A stretch of 64,000 nt of DNA from Verrucomicrobiales bacterium (lineage in GTDB: Bacteria; Verrucomicrobiota; Verrucomicrobiia; Verrucomicrobiales; DEV007). Under the pieces are notes generated by a model that worked only from the letters and a program-made list of their open reading frames with translations, was not told the origin of the DNA and did no database searches. Below, piece after piece: positions 9,253-18,766 of the stretch (positions within the stretch are counted from its first letter, which is position 1; each line of letters begins with the position of its first letter). A program made the position numbers and the translations under genes. The DNA lies in the NCBI GenBank assembly GCA_029233965.1, contig JARGOP010000012.1:30779-94778 (forward strand), given 5' to 3'.

Positions 9253-10272
9253 ATGAAACTACTACCACACATCATTCTGATCGCGGTTCTGGGTCTGGCT
9301 CCTTCACTTCAGGCTCAGGTCAGGGAAACGCCGGCCACTCTCGGCCTCGTGGCGGGAGGTAATCCGCAGGGCTACGTTCAGAATTCGAACGACAACGGGA
9401 TCCTTTTCGCGACCACCTCCGGTGGAGCGGGACAGCTCATCACCTACGATAAGATTCGTGGTGACGGGCTCGACAAATTGATCCGTTTCGAAGAGCGCGT
9501 CGAAGCCCTTGCGGAAGCACGGGCGCTCTACGCGGCGGAACAATACACAGAAGCTGCCGCCGCTTTTGGTCAAGTAGCGCGCGAATATGCGATCATCCTG
9601 AACGTGCCTCAGAATTTCGCGTCGGAAGCACTCTTTTACCAGGCGGAGAGTCTTCGCCGATCGGGGCGCTATGCTCTTCTCGCACAGGTTCTCAACGCTC
9701 CTGTTGCAAAAACAATTGAGACGAAACTGGATCAGCGCTACCAGAAGGACCTGGAATTCATGAAGCTGTGGTCTCTCCTCGGCGAGGAGAATTACGAGGG
9801 CCTCAAGGCCGCGCTTGCTGCCTACGAAGAGCCGGTCACCGGCGATGCGAAATTGTTGGCGACGCCGAACTTCGTGAAACTGCCGACGACCCAGCTCGCT
9901 CAGTTGGCATTTTTGAGGGCCAAGGTGTTCGACAACGAGGGGGATCAGAGTAGAGCGCTTGATGATTACTATCGGGCTTTCACTCTTGCCTACGGCAATG
10001 ATGCGCTCCTCTCAAAGTTGGCGATGGGTCAGTCCATGCTTATCAAGTCGACTGATCCAAAGCTTGAAAATGCAGGCAGTTCGGTCGCTGCGGAGATGCA
10101 GAGTCTTGCCTACATGTTCAGCCTCCGTTTCGGGCGGAACGCGATGCCGGAGCAGTTTAAGAAATATGCGGTCAGGCCTGCGATGGCGGTCCCTGCTGCT
10201 GCTCCCACAGCAGAAGAGGCCCCTGCTGAGCCGGCAGCGGAAGCTCCGCCGGCAGAAGTTCCGGCCGAATAA
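9253..10272 (+). CDS. Secreted helical (TPR-like) protein with Pro/Ala/Glu-rich C-terminal tail
   Basis: Signal peptide MKLLPHIILIAVLGLAPSLQAQ. C-terminal PAMAVPAAAPTAEEAPAEPAAEAPPAEVPAE. Starts 21 bp after the TPR gene and is followed by a terminator. Confidence 0.6.
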   Translation: MKLLPHIILIAVLGLAPSLQAQVRETPATLGLVAGGNPQGYVQNSNDNGILFATTSGGAGQLITYDKIRGDGLDKLIRFEERVEALAEARALYAAEQYTEAAAAFGQVAREYAIILNVPQNFASEALFYQAESLRRSGRYALLAQVLNAPVAKTIETKLDQRYQKDLEFMKLWSLLGEENYEGLKAALAAYEEPVTGDAKLLATPNFVKLPTTQLAQLAFLRAKVFDNEGDQSRALDDYYRAFTLAYGNDALLSKLAMGQSMLIKSTDPKLENAGSSVAAEMQSLAYMFSLRFGRNAMPEQFKKYAVRPAMAVPAAAPTAEEAPAEPAAEAPPAEVPAE

Positions 10273-10296
10273 GGCAGAGGAAAAGATTCGAGATTG

Positions 10297-10328
10297 AGAG
10301 CGGGGTTCACCTCCCGCTCTTTTTGTTT
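10297..10328. terminator. Hairpin terminator between convergent genes (probably bidirectional)
   Basis: AGAGCGGG (10297..10304) pairs with CCCGCTCT (10313..10320) across an 8-nt loop, followed by TTTTGTTTT. It sits between the stops of 9253..10272(+) and 10329..10922(-). Confidence 0.55.
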
Positions 10329-10922
10329 TCACCACTTGGCGATTTCCTGCCTCACCGGTTCACGTGCGAACCAGATCAGGAAGAAGACGGGAAGCGCCGC
10401 AAGCCAGAGGAGGCCGAAAATCATGCCGCCGTAGACGGCGTAGTCAGTCACCTTCTGCATCATTTCGGCTTCGCGACCACCCATTCCGGTGCCCGCCATT
10501 CCCATGGTTAAATCCATCTGAATCCTCGTCAGCGCCATGCTGCGAAAGGTGAAGTAGCCTCCTGCGAGTATTTTCAAGACTGCCCAGACCTGCAGGGTGG
10601 TCCCGCCTTTCGGGTTTCTTTTCAGCAGCATGATTCCACCTGTCAGGAGAACCACCGCAACCAATCCCAGGGAAACGGCTGAGACGAGGGAGAGGGACTT
10701 CATTTGCTTCATGTAGCCGGTCACCTTCTCTTCTTCGGCGCCCTGCTGAATCATTAATTCCATCTGCGTGTCGACGAAATACAGGCTGATCGGGGAGATC
10801 GCAGATTGGAGGATGCCGAGAATCCCCAGAACCAAAGCAATGATTCCCAGGATTTTCGGCCACTTCACAGGCTGGCCGGGGACCTGGCCGGGATCGATCG
10901 GAGGGGGTGTTGCGGTTTCCAT
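10329..10922 (-). CDS. Hypothetical multi-pass membrane protein
   Basis: 197-aa ORF with 4-5 hydrophobic helices (e.g. ILGIIALVLGILGILQSAI, GLVAVVLLTGGIMLL, IFGLLWLAALPVFFLIWF). Confidence 0.55.
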   Translation of the reverse strand: METATPPPIDPGQVPGQPVKWPKILGIIALVLGILGILQSAISPISLYFVDTQMELMIQQGAEEEKVTGYMKQMKSLSLVSAVSLGLVAVVLLTGGIMLLKRNPKGGTTLQVWAVLKILAGGYFTFRSMALTRIQMDLTMGMAGTGMGGREAEMMQKVTDYAVYGGMIFGLLWLAALPVFFLIWFAREPVRQEIAKW

Positions 10923-11066
10923 AGGCGGGGAGGGTAGTGAAGAAGAGTTTCGAGGTCAATTTCTCCTCTTTCATTTTCTTTTTGCGGAGATCGTATCCGC
11001 AGAGGCCCCTGAAGCGGTGATGAGGTGCGCCCCGTCCTGCTTACCGGAGCTGATTTCGCTTGCTGA

Positions 11067-11585
11067 ATGCCCTTCTTTCATCGTTCCGTGGGCATGAAGT
11101 TGGCCCTTGAAAATCCCATCGGTCCGGTCTTCCGGCTTTCTCCTGAAATCCTGGAGGAAGGACTCGCGGCCTCACACTCCAGTCCCCGCAAGCGGATGCT
11201 CTTTCCGATGCACCGGGGAGCGGAAGATCTCGTTCAGCGCATGGTGAATTTTCTGCAGCCGGGGACCTACATTCAACCGCATCATCATCCGAGAGACTTT
11301 GCGAGCGAAACCATTCTCGTGATGCAGGGGGAAATGGGGTTCGTTGTTTTCGACGGGGAAGGTGAAGTCCAATCCGCTCACCGGCTCGGAGTTGGTGAGG
11401 TTATTGATATTGAAGCCCGTGTCTGGCACGGGGTGCTGGCTCTCGCTCCCGACACTGTGATTCTTGAGATCAAGCGTGGACCCTACGACGAGTCGGACAA
11501 GGTGTTCGCGAATTGGGCTCCTGCGGAGAATGCGGACGGGATGGCTGAATATCAGGCCTCGCTGGAATCGCTGTTTATTGACTGA
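11067..11585 (+). CDS. Cupin-fold metalloprotein, WbuC-like
   Basis: FLQPGTYIQPHHHP...ETILVMQGEMGFVVFDGEGEV...VWHGV matches the WbuC-type cupin pattern as I recall it. An alternative start is ATG 11094 (MKLALENP). Confidence 0.55.
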   Translation: MPFFHRSVGMKLALENPIGPVFRLSPEILEEGLAASHSSPRKRMLFPMHRGAEDLVQRMVNFLQPGTYIQPHHHPRDFASETILVMQGEMGFVVFDGEGEVQSAHRLGVGEVIDIEARVWHGVLALAPDTVILEIKRGPYDESDKVFANWAPAENADGMAEYQASLESLFID

Positions 11586-12289
11586 AACGGATTCGGATTT
11601 TCGATGAGTCCCACGGGGGCGAATACTTTTTCATTCCAGAACCGTTCCACTTCGTGTTGATCGAGAATCTTCTCACTCGCAAACAGTGTCGTCGAAGTCA
11701 GGAGGACGGCGATGAAGAGTTGGAGGAGGAAGATGAGGAGACCTTTGAAAATATCGCAGCTGTAAACGGCAGAGATGTAGAAAGAGAGAAGCACCAGGGC
11801 GACTCCGGCCCCGAAGAGGACGGTCATGGCTCCGCCTCCAATACGGGAGGAGAAAAAGAGATAGACGGAGAACATGAGGACTCCCAGAATCCAGCCTCCG
11901 CCAAAGCCGACGAGTGCGCGGACGGGATTCAACTCTCGCGTCACGATGAATCCCGCGATCCAGAAACCGAGATAGAGCGCGACCACCGGCGAAAAAATCC
12001 AGAGCAGGAGCAAATTCCGTTTCTCGCGGGGCCACGCGGGTTTGTCCGGGAACCCTTTGTAAAATACAGGCGAGATGAGGAGTTTTTGACGGTCCCTTAG
12101 AGATAGGTCTTTGGCGGGAACGAACTCCCCGTCGCCCTGCGTCATGCTGCGGGCGAACCAGATCGATTTTTCCTCGTAGAGAAAAACGGCCGGCTTTCCC
12201 TCGATGGGGTCTCCGGAAACGTGCGTCCAGGCCCGGGCCGGCCCGATGCCTGATAAGAGCGCCAGGAGAAGAAGCAGCCAAAAGCGCAT
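11552..12289 (-). CDS. Hypothetical membrane protein with signal peptide
   Basis: MRFWLLLLLALLSGIGPARA leader, a soluble domain of about 90 aa, then 4-5 TM helices. It is the last gene of the rsmD-waaA-plsY-gpsA co-directional string. Confidence 0.55.
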   Translation of the reverse strand: MRFWLLLLLALLSGIGPARAWTHVSGDPIEGKPAVFLYEEKSIWFARSMTQGDGEFVPAKDLSLRDRQKLLISPVFYKGFPDKPAWPREKRNLLLLWIFSPVVALYLGFWIAGFIVTRELNPVRALVGFGGGWILGVLMFSVYLFFSSRIGGGAMTVLFGAGVALVLLSFYISAVYSCDIFKGLLIFLLQLFIAVLLTSTTLFASEKILDQHEVERFWNEKVFAPVGLIENPNPFQSINSDSSEA

Positions 12290-12300
12290 GACGAAGGGAC

Positions 12301-13296
12301 TTAGTCGTGCTCAGGACGGGGATCCCTTGAGAGCAGTTCCTTCAGCGCCCGGGCACAGGGTTTGTTCTCGTGGATGACCTCGTAGGTCTGATCAATGATC
12401 GGGGTCCGCACGTTGAGTTTGCGGGCGAGTTCGAAGGCGTTTTTTGCGTTCGGAACTCCCTCGGCGACCTGGTTCATCGCATCGATCGCTTCCTGAAGTG
12501 TCCTGCCCTCACCCAGATATCGACCCACCCGGTTGTTCCGGCTGTGGACGCTGTAACAGGTCACGATGAGGTCACCAATGCCACTCAGTCCACGGAAGGT
12601 TTCTTCGCGGGCACCGAGGGCGACTCCAAGACGTGTCATCTCCGCAAGCCCGCGGGTCACGAGAGCTGCTTTGGCATTGTCACCAAGCCCGAGTCCGTCG
12701 GCGGCACCGGCAGCGATTGCGAAGACGTTCTTCACGACGCTGCCTATCTCGATCCCGATGACATCGGAACTGGTGTAGGTGCGGAACCAGGGGAGCCGAA
12801 ATACCTCCTGAGCCTGTTCTGCGATTGCCTCGTCGGCAGAGCCGATCGTCGCGAGCGTCGCCATGCGCTTCGCGACTTCCTCCGCGTGGCTGGGCCCTGA
12901 GAGGACCGCGATGGGATTTCCCGGGAAAAACGACTCAAGAAGCTCATGCATGAGACTGCCGTCCTCCGGATCAATCCCTTTCGTGCAGCTGATGAGGAGA
13001 GTGTCCTTGCTGATTCCGACTTCGGCGAGCTGCTTCAGAACGATGCGGGCCACCTGCGAGGGAACGACGAGAAGGATCAGCGGCATTCCGGCGGCATCCC
13101 TGATGTCGACCGAGCCGCGAATATTGGCGGGAAGTTCGATCTCCGGGAGATATTTTGAATTCCGGTGATTGACATTCACATCTTCGGCAATGGACGGCTC
13201 GTTGCCGTAAAGAACGACATCGAGTCCCCGGTCTGCGAGGGTGAGGGCCAGGGCTGTGCCCCAGCTACCGGCTCCAAGAACAGCGGCTTTTTCCAT
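12301..13296 (-). CDS. gpsA: NAD(P)H-dependent glycerol-3-phosphate dehydrogenase
   Basis: N-terminal VLGAGSWGTALA Rossmann motif, 331 aa, with the classic plsY-gpsA adjacency. Confidence 0.92.
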   Translation of the reverse strand: MEKAAVLGAGSWGTALALTLADRGLDVVLYGNEPSIAEDVNVNHRNSKYLPEIELPANIRGSVDIRDAAGMPLILLVVPSQVARIVLKQLAEVGISKDTLLISCTKGIDPEDGSLMHELLESFFPGNPIAVLSGPSHAEEVAKRMATLATIGSADEAIAEQAQEVFRLPWFRTYTSSDVIGIEIGSVVKNVFAIAAGAADGLGLGDNAKAALVTRGLAEMTRLGVALGAREETFRGLSGIGDLIVTCYSVHSRNNRVGRYLGEGRTLQEAIDAMNQVAEGVPNAKNAFELARKLNVRTPIIDQTYEVIHENKPCARALKELLSRDPRPEHD

Positions 13297-13306
13297 GATG
13301 AATTGC

Positions 13307-13951
13307 TTACGAAGGGGTTTTAGAAGATGAAGACTTCGGGGCGAATCGGTTTTCCTCTCCGCGGCGAAGCCGTTGAATATTGGCCCGGTGCTTCCAGATC
13401 GCGAGAAGGCAGACGAATGCGGCGAGTCCGAAGACGACCCGGTCCCATTGGCCGGAGACTAGGTTTTGAATGCTCAAGGTAATCGGAATCGCGAGAGCCG
13501 CGGCAATCGAGGCCACAGAAACGTAGCGGGTCAGTTTGAGAAAGAGGAGCCAGGTCGCGATCGCGACGAGGATTGGTATCGTAAGAATCGGGATGACCGC
13601 TCCGGCCGTGGTGGCAATCCCTTTTCCGCCTTTAAACTTGAGCCAGAAGGTATAATTGTGGCCGAGGATAGCCGTGATCGCCGTGGCAATGTGGAGTGAC
13701 GAACTGTCGCTCACCGATTTCGCGATGATCACCGGGATCATTCCTTTGAAAATGTCGAGAACGAGGACGGTGATCCCGATGGGTTTCCCGAGGGTCCTCA
13801 GTACATTGGTCGCGCCAATATTTCCGCTCCCGTGGTCGCGGATATCGATGCCCTTCATTTTCCCGGCGAGAAAACCGAAAGGCGTGGCGCCGACAAAGAA
13901 GGCCAGCAGGGCGGGCCACCATTGAGAGAGAAATTCAGAAAGCTCAGACAT
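13307..13951 (-). CDS. plsY: Glycerol-3-phosphate acyltransferase (acyl-phosphate dependent)
   Basis: GSGNIGATNVLRTLGK signature and a multi-TM protein of 214 aa. Confidence 0.92.
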   Translation of the reverse strand: MSELSEFLSQWWPALLAFFVGATPFGFLAGKMKGIDIRDHGSGNIGATNVLRTLGKPIGITVLVLDIFKGMIPVIIAKSVSDSSSLHIATAITAILGHNYTFWLKFKGGKGIATTAGAVIPILTIPILVAIATWLLFLKLTRYVSVASIAAALAIPITLSIQNLVSGQWDRVVFGLAAFVCLLAIWKHRANIQRLRRGEENRFAPKSSSSKTPS

Positions 13952-14035
13952 GGAAAGGAACCCGCGTCGACGGGCGGCAACAATCGATAGAGTGTAGGAG
14001 ATGAGGCGGTCTGTCCAGAAACGGATTTGTTGACC

Positions 14036-15382
14036 TTAAACGGATCCTGATGAGTCACCGAGAATAAAGCGGGCGGTTCTTTCCGCCGCGCCAAGGTGCC
14101 GGGCCATGGCTTCAGTTCCCCGTTCCGCCATCGCTTTGCTTCCTGCCTCATCTTCGAAGGTCTTTACGAGGGCTTCAAACAGTTCATCGGGGGATTTCAG
14201 CTGAAGGATTCCGCGGACCGCATTCAGGTCATCCATCACTTCCGCGAAGTTCTGCATGTTCGGCCCGACAACGACGGGACGGCCCGCGAGAATCGGTTCG
14301 ACGGGATTCTGCCCTCCCTCACCGCAAAAACTTTTTCCAATGATGACGACACTGGCGAGATGAAACCAGGCTCGAAGTTCTCCCGTCGTATTGGCGACCC
14401 AGACGTGGTTGGCGGTATCGACCGGACCCTGTTGGGTCAGTGACTCAACCCTGTTGGGCCCTGCTTTCAACAGGGTGGTGAATCCCTGAGCGGAGAGCCG
14501 GGCGACAATCTCGGCAGCGCGTTCCGCGTGGCGCGGCACGATCACAAGCGCGAGATCGGGCTGCTTTTCGCGGAGTTGGGAGAAAACGGTGGCGATGAGT
14601 TTTTCCTCACCGTCATGGGTCGAACCGGCGAGAAGGATGCGGGCGCCTTCCGGGAATCCTGTCAGTGCGAGCCATGCGCGGATTTCGGCTACTTTTTGAT
14701 CAGAGATTTCGTTTCCGCCCGCCTGATCGAATTTCACGCTCCCGAGCACTTCGATCCGTCCTTCGGGAATGCCAAGGGCGCTCCAGCGGGGGCGATCGAT
14801 TTCGAACGGGACACTGACGGCGTCGAGTTGGGAGAAGATCGGCTCGACGAGGGAGCGGAACTTCGCGTAGCGACGACCGGAGCGGGGAGAAAGCCGGGCA
14901 TTGGCGAGCTTGACGGGAATGCCGCGTTTCCCCGCAGCAGCGAGGAGGTTGGGCCAGATTTCAGATTCAACGAGGACAATCGTTTTCGGCTGGATGAGGT
15001 CGAGAACCCGCGAAACGACCCGGGGCAGATCGACCGGATTGTGGATCACGGTGAGCGTTTCCGAGGTTTTTTCGTCGGCGACGGCGTGCCCTGTGGTGGT
15101 TGTCGTCGTGAGGACGATGTGTTGATCCGGCTCAAGGGACTGGATGGCCTCGACCATTTTCAAGGCGAGAAAGACTTCGCCGACGCTCACGGCGTGGATC
15201 CAGATCGCCTCTTTTCCGGCGATGGCATCGCGAATCTCCGGACGAAACCACCCGAACCGTTGACAAAAATTGCGCTTCAGGCCGCCCCGGCGGATTCCTT
15301 TGATGAGAAACGAAGGAAATCCCAGAAGCAGCACGAAAGGCAGCAGGCTGTTGTAAATCAGATAGACAAAAGCTCTTGGCAT
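14036..15382 (-). CDS. waaA: 3-deoxy-D-manno-octulosonic acid (Kdo) transferase
   Basis: N-terminal membrane anchor, the IWIHAVSVGEV motif, a glycosyltransferase fold and 448 aa. Confidence 0.9.
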   Translation of the reverse strand: MPRAFVYLIYNSLLPFVLLLGFPSFLIKGIRRGGLKRNFCQRFGWFRPEIRDAIAGKEAIWIHAVSVGEVFLALKMVEAIQSLEPDQHIVLTTTTTTGHAVADEKTSETLTVIHNPVDLPRVVSRVLDLIQPKTIVLVESEIWPNLLAAAGKRGIPVKLANARLSPRSGRRYAKFRSLVEPIFSQLDAVSVPFEIDRPRWSALGIPEGRIEVLGSVKFDQAGGNEISDQKVAEIRAWLALTGFPEGARILLAGSTHDGEEKLIATVFSQLREKQPDLALVIVPRHAERAAEIVARLSAQGFTTLLKAGPNRVESLTQQGPVDTANHVWVANTTGELRAWFHLASVVIIGKSFCGEGGQNPVEPILAGRPVVVGPNMQNFAEVMDDLNAVRGILQLKSPDELFEALVKTFEDEAGSKAMAERGTEAMARHLGAAERTARFILGDSSGSV

Positions 15383-15386
15383 GGAA

Positions 15387-15941
15387 TCAGGAGTTCGAAG
15401 TCAGGTAACTGACGCGGGTTTTCCCGTAAACCTTTTCTTTGGCAACATTCCAGAGCGGGCTGTCCGGAAGGGGAGCTTTCGCAAAGCTTTCGAGAACGAG
15501 GAGTCCGTCCGGTTTGAGTGCCTTCGCGAGTTCTTCGTGCTCAAGAAGGGCGGCCAGTAGCGTGGCAGTGTCTTCGTCCCTCGCATAGGGAGGATCGGCA
15601 AAGATGAGATCGAAGTGCTCCTCCGGAATTGTGGACAGGTAGCTGAGAACGTCCCTCCTTACAAAGCGTCCTCCTTCGAGCCGGCTACTCCTGAGGTTGG
15701 CTTCGATCGCTTTATCGGCGGCGGAGCTTTTGTCGACGAAGAGGGCGGAGTTCGCGCCCCGGCTCAGGGATTCGATCCCGAGAGAGCCGGATCCCGCAAA
15801 AAGGTCGAGGACTTCTGCTTTGATGAGCCGTTCCCCGAGCGACGAAAACATGGCTTCACGGACCCTGTCGGTTGTGGGGCGGGTGATGGATGGCGGAACG
15901 CTGAGTCTCAAGCTTCCTGCCTCGCCGGCAATGATTCTCAT
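15387..15941 (-). CDS. rsmD: 16S rRNA (guanine966-N2)-methyltransferase
   Basis: MRIIAGEAGSLRL start region, SAM motif DLFAGSGSLGIESLSRGA and catalytic DPPY. The ORF track extends to 15983, but the conserved N-terminus begins at ATG 15941. Confidence 0.85.
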   Translation of the reverse strand: MRIIAGEAGSLRLSVPPSITRPTTDRVREAMFSSLGERLIKAEVLDLFAGSGSLGIESLSRGANSALFVDKSSAADKAIEANLRSSRLEGGRFVRRDVLSYLSTIPEEHFDLIFADPPYARDEDTATLLAALLEHEELAKALKPDGLLVLESFAKAPLPDSPLWNVAKEKVYGKTRVSYLTSNS

Positions 15942-16085
15942 GGTCAAAACGGGGAGATTATCCCAAGGATTCCCAGTCTCCAATCGTTATTGTCCGTGTG
16001 GCCCTGATGGGGCTGGCTTTTTTCTGGAGAAACAGGATGATTTCGAGGATTATCCCGGTCCCCGATTCCCCGGTTCTTTTTTCTG

Positions 16086-18719
16086 ATGCGTTGGATACGT
16101 CGATTGTTTGTTTTCTTTTGCCTCATTGCGACCGCGTTCGTGATCTGGGGGGCAATCTATGCGCGGAAGCAGGGATTCACCGAGAGCTGGCGGAACCTGA
16201 TCGAGGATGAGTTCAGCGACCGCGGGTATTACACTGAGATCGGAAAAGTGACGCTCGGAGCTTTTCGGGGACTTGTTGCTGAAGATGTGACCTTTTATCA
16301 GGATGTGAAAAAGACCCAGCCGGTTGCGTTCCTCAACGATGTGTATCTCGATGTCGAATTAAGCCGGATCCTGAACAAGGAGGTCTCCGTCAATACCCTC
16401 GATGTTCAGGAGGCACGAATGTCGCTCCCCCTCGAACCCGGGAAACCTGACGGTCGGCGCCTGCAGGTAGAGGGCCTCTCCGGCCGTATTGTGATTACCG
16501 AAAGCATGATCGAGATCGTGAAGGTCGAAGCTTCGGTCGCAGATCTCGATGTTTATCTGAAAGGGACCCTGATCCGCCCATCCCGGAGTCTCGATGGAAA
16601 TGAGGAGGAGGAAAGCGCGACACAGGAGGATCGTTTCCTCAGAGTAAGATCACAACTCCTCGCCACGCTGAATGAACTTGAAAAGTATGAGTTTGTCGGA
16701 GATCGTCCGCAGATCACGATTGAGTTTCGCGGCGATCTCGATGAGTTGGAAACGATTACGGCAGAGGCGGTGATTGAATCCGGGAATTTCCGGCAAAAAG
16801 GACAGCCCTATGAGATTGAGGAGTTGTCGGGCCGGGTCCGTTTTGACGGTCTTGATCGCACGGCGGAGATCGAAGAAATGGTGCTTCGTGACGAGCAGGG
16901 TGAGCTCAATCTCTCCGGGGGGTGGAATGAGGCGTCCGGGCTTTTCGAATTTCAGTTGGAATCAGATGCAGACATTCCCAAACTGGCCGGCCTTTTTGTG
17001 CAGGATCGTCGTCTCGGGGAGATTGTTTTCTTCAATCCACCCGGATTGAAAGCGCAGGGTCATATCGATTGCAATCTTCTCGGAACTGAGGAGGTCGGTT
17101 TTCCCGGGGAAATCATGGGGGAGTTTCAGGCGGAACGGTTTGTGTCACGGGGCACCGTTTTCACGGGGCTCGATTTTGGATTCAGCCTTTCGGGAGAAAA
17201 GTATTACCTGCGAAATCTCCGTCTCGATCATCAGTCCGGCGTTGCTTTCCTGAATCTGAAATACGATCCGTACGGGGTTGATGAAACGATACAGTATCAG
17301 ACCGAGATCAAGCTGGATCCTCATATTTTCAGACCGTTTTTCGATGAAGGGGGGCGGAAATTTATTGATGCGTGGCGCTTTGAAGATACCTCCGCCGTTT
17401 ATCTGGCTGCCGCCGGTCGTGGCGGAAGCTGGGACATGAGGACCTGGGAAAATAAGGGCGTGATTGATCTTCGGAACTTCGCGCTCAACGGAGTGGATTT
17501 CATCGAGATGGAGGCCGATTTCGAGAGCGAGGGGGTTCTTCAGTGGTTTCGAAACATTGCCATGGTGAGGGAGGATGGGCGCATTGATGCCGAAGTGGCG
17601 CAGCACAACACGGCGCTGAAGCTTTGGGAGGTGAAAGGGGTGGAATCGACCATGCCTTTGTCCGCCGGAGCGAAAGCCTTCAGCCCGAAGCTTTCGAAGG
17701 CACTGAGCGCATATCGTTTTGAGAATCCTCCTCTCGTGAGACTCTCGGGGACACTGGATTCACGGCGCCCCGAAGAAGTGGGGGACGAACCCCGGCGGAC
17801 CCGTGTGGAAATTGCGTTCGAAAGCGAAGGTCTCGCGGAATACGATTTTATCGGAAAGACACTAAGGCTGACAAACTCTTCCGGAACCCTCGCGGTTGAT
17901 CGCAGCCGTGTTCACTTGCGTTCGATGCGGGCGGAGGTCCTCGGGGGCGAGCTGCGCCTCGAATACGATGCAAAAAATGTACGCTCACCAGACCGACCCT
18001 TCGATGCCACCATGCAGATCTCCGGGATTCCGATGGAGGCCGTCACGAAGCTCTATGCGGATACCGAATCGGTGAAAGGGAGCGTGGCCGGAACTTTCAA
18101 CCTGTCCGGAAATGCCGCCCGGATTGCCTCCTACAACGGGCATGGCCTGCTTGAAATCACCAATGGCAACCTGTTTGCGATCCCCGTTCTCGGGCCACTT
18201 TCCAAAGCTATTGCGAAAGCAAATCCGAATCAGGAAAGCGCCGGACACAGCATCGCGCGGGAAGCCTCCGCCAGCCTTACGATTGAAAACGGAGTGCTGA
18301 AAACCGACGATCTTGAGGCCTTCACGGACACTTTCCGGGTGCGGGCGGCTGGACAGGTTTCGCTCGTGGACCAGTCCGTCGATTTCGAAGCCATCGTGAA
18401 TCCACGCGATGGAATTACGAGAGCGGTTCTCACTCCGGTGAGCGAGTTGCTCACCTTTTCCTGCACGGGAACGGTTCAGGATCCGGTTTGGAAAGCGAAG
18501 CACATTTCCAATCTCGGAAAGATCCCGGCTCAGGCGATCACCGAAATCACCAACATCCCCGTGGAAGGGATCAGGCGGATCGGGCAGGGGCTGTTCGGGG
18601 AATCGAAGAAAGAAAGGGGAGCCGGCGAGTCCATCCGAGAGGAAACCGGGGGGGAGCCGAACCGTCGCAAGCTCTTCCAACTTCTCCCGCAGCGGAATCA
18701 AACTCCGGTCAACCCCTAG
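16086..18719 (+). CDS. AsmA-family / TamB-like large envelope protein
   Basis: A single N-terminal TM (LFVFFCLIATAFVIWGAIY) is followed by an 850-aa beta-rich repetitive body. The C-terminal region (FRVRAAGQVSLVDQSVDFEAIVNP...TGTVQDPVW) resembles the AsmA C-terminal motif. Confidence 0.6.
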   Translation: MRWIRRLFVFFCLIATAFVIWGAIYARKQGFTESWRNLIEDEFSDRGYYTEIGKVTLGAFRGLVAEDVTFYQDVKKTQPVAFLNDVYLDVELSRILNKEVSVNTLDVQEARMSLPLEPGKPDGRRLQVEGLSGRIVITESMIEIVKVEASVADLDVYLKGTLIRPSRSLDGNEEEESATQEDRFLRVRSQLLATLNELEKYEFVGDRPQITIEFRGDLDELETITAEAVIESGNFRQKGQPYEIEELSGRVRFDGLDRTAEIEEMVLRDEQGELNLSGGWNEASGLFEFQLESDADIPKLAGLFVQDRRLGEIVFFNPPGLKAQGHIDCNLLGTEEVGFPGEIMGEFQAERFVSRGTVFTGLDFGFSLSGEKYYLRNLRLDHQSGVAFLNLKYDPYGVDETIQYQTEIKLDPHIFRPFFDEGGRKFIDAWRFEDTSAVYLAAAGRGGSWDMRTWENKGVIDLRNFALNGVDFIEMEADFESEGVLQWFRNIAMVREDGRIDAEVAQHNTALKLWEVKGVESTMPLSAGAKAFSPKLSKALSAYRFENPPLVRLSGTLDSRRPEEVGDEPRRTRVEIAFESEGLAEYDFIGKTLRLTNSSGTLAVDRSRVHLRSMRAEVLGGELRLEYDAKNVRSPDRPFDATMQISGIPMEAVTKLYADTESVKGSVAGTFNLSGNAARIASYNGHGLLEITNGNLFAIPVLGPLSKAIAKANPNQESAGHSIAREASASLTIENGVLKTDDLEAFTDTFRVRAAGQVSLVDQSVDFEAIVNPRDGITRAVLTPVSELLTFSCTGTVQDPVWKAKHISNLGKIPAQAITEITNIPVEGIRRIGQGLFGESKKERGAGESIREETGGEPNRRKLFQLLPQRNQTPVNP

Positions 18720-18766
18720 TCATCGCTTCCGGCGTTTTTTGAAAACGGATCCTTTCGGTAGGATCG

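Noticed and set aside
9253-10272. Possible TonB, because of the Pro/Ala-rich segment next to exbBD
   Set aside because: The Pro/Ala/Glu tract is at the extreme C-terminus. The N-terminus is a cleavable-looking signal peptide rather than a TonB anchor with the SHLS-type motif. There is no C-terminal TonB domain after the Pro-rich region.
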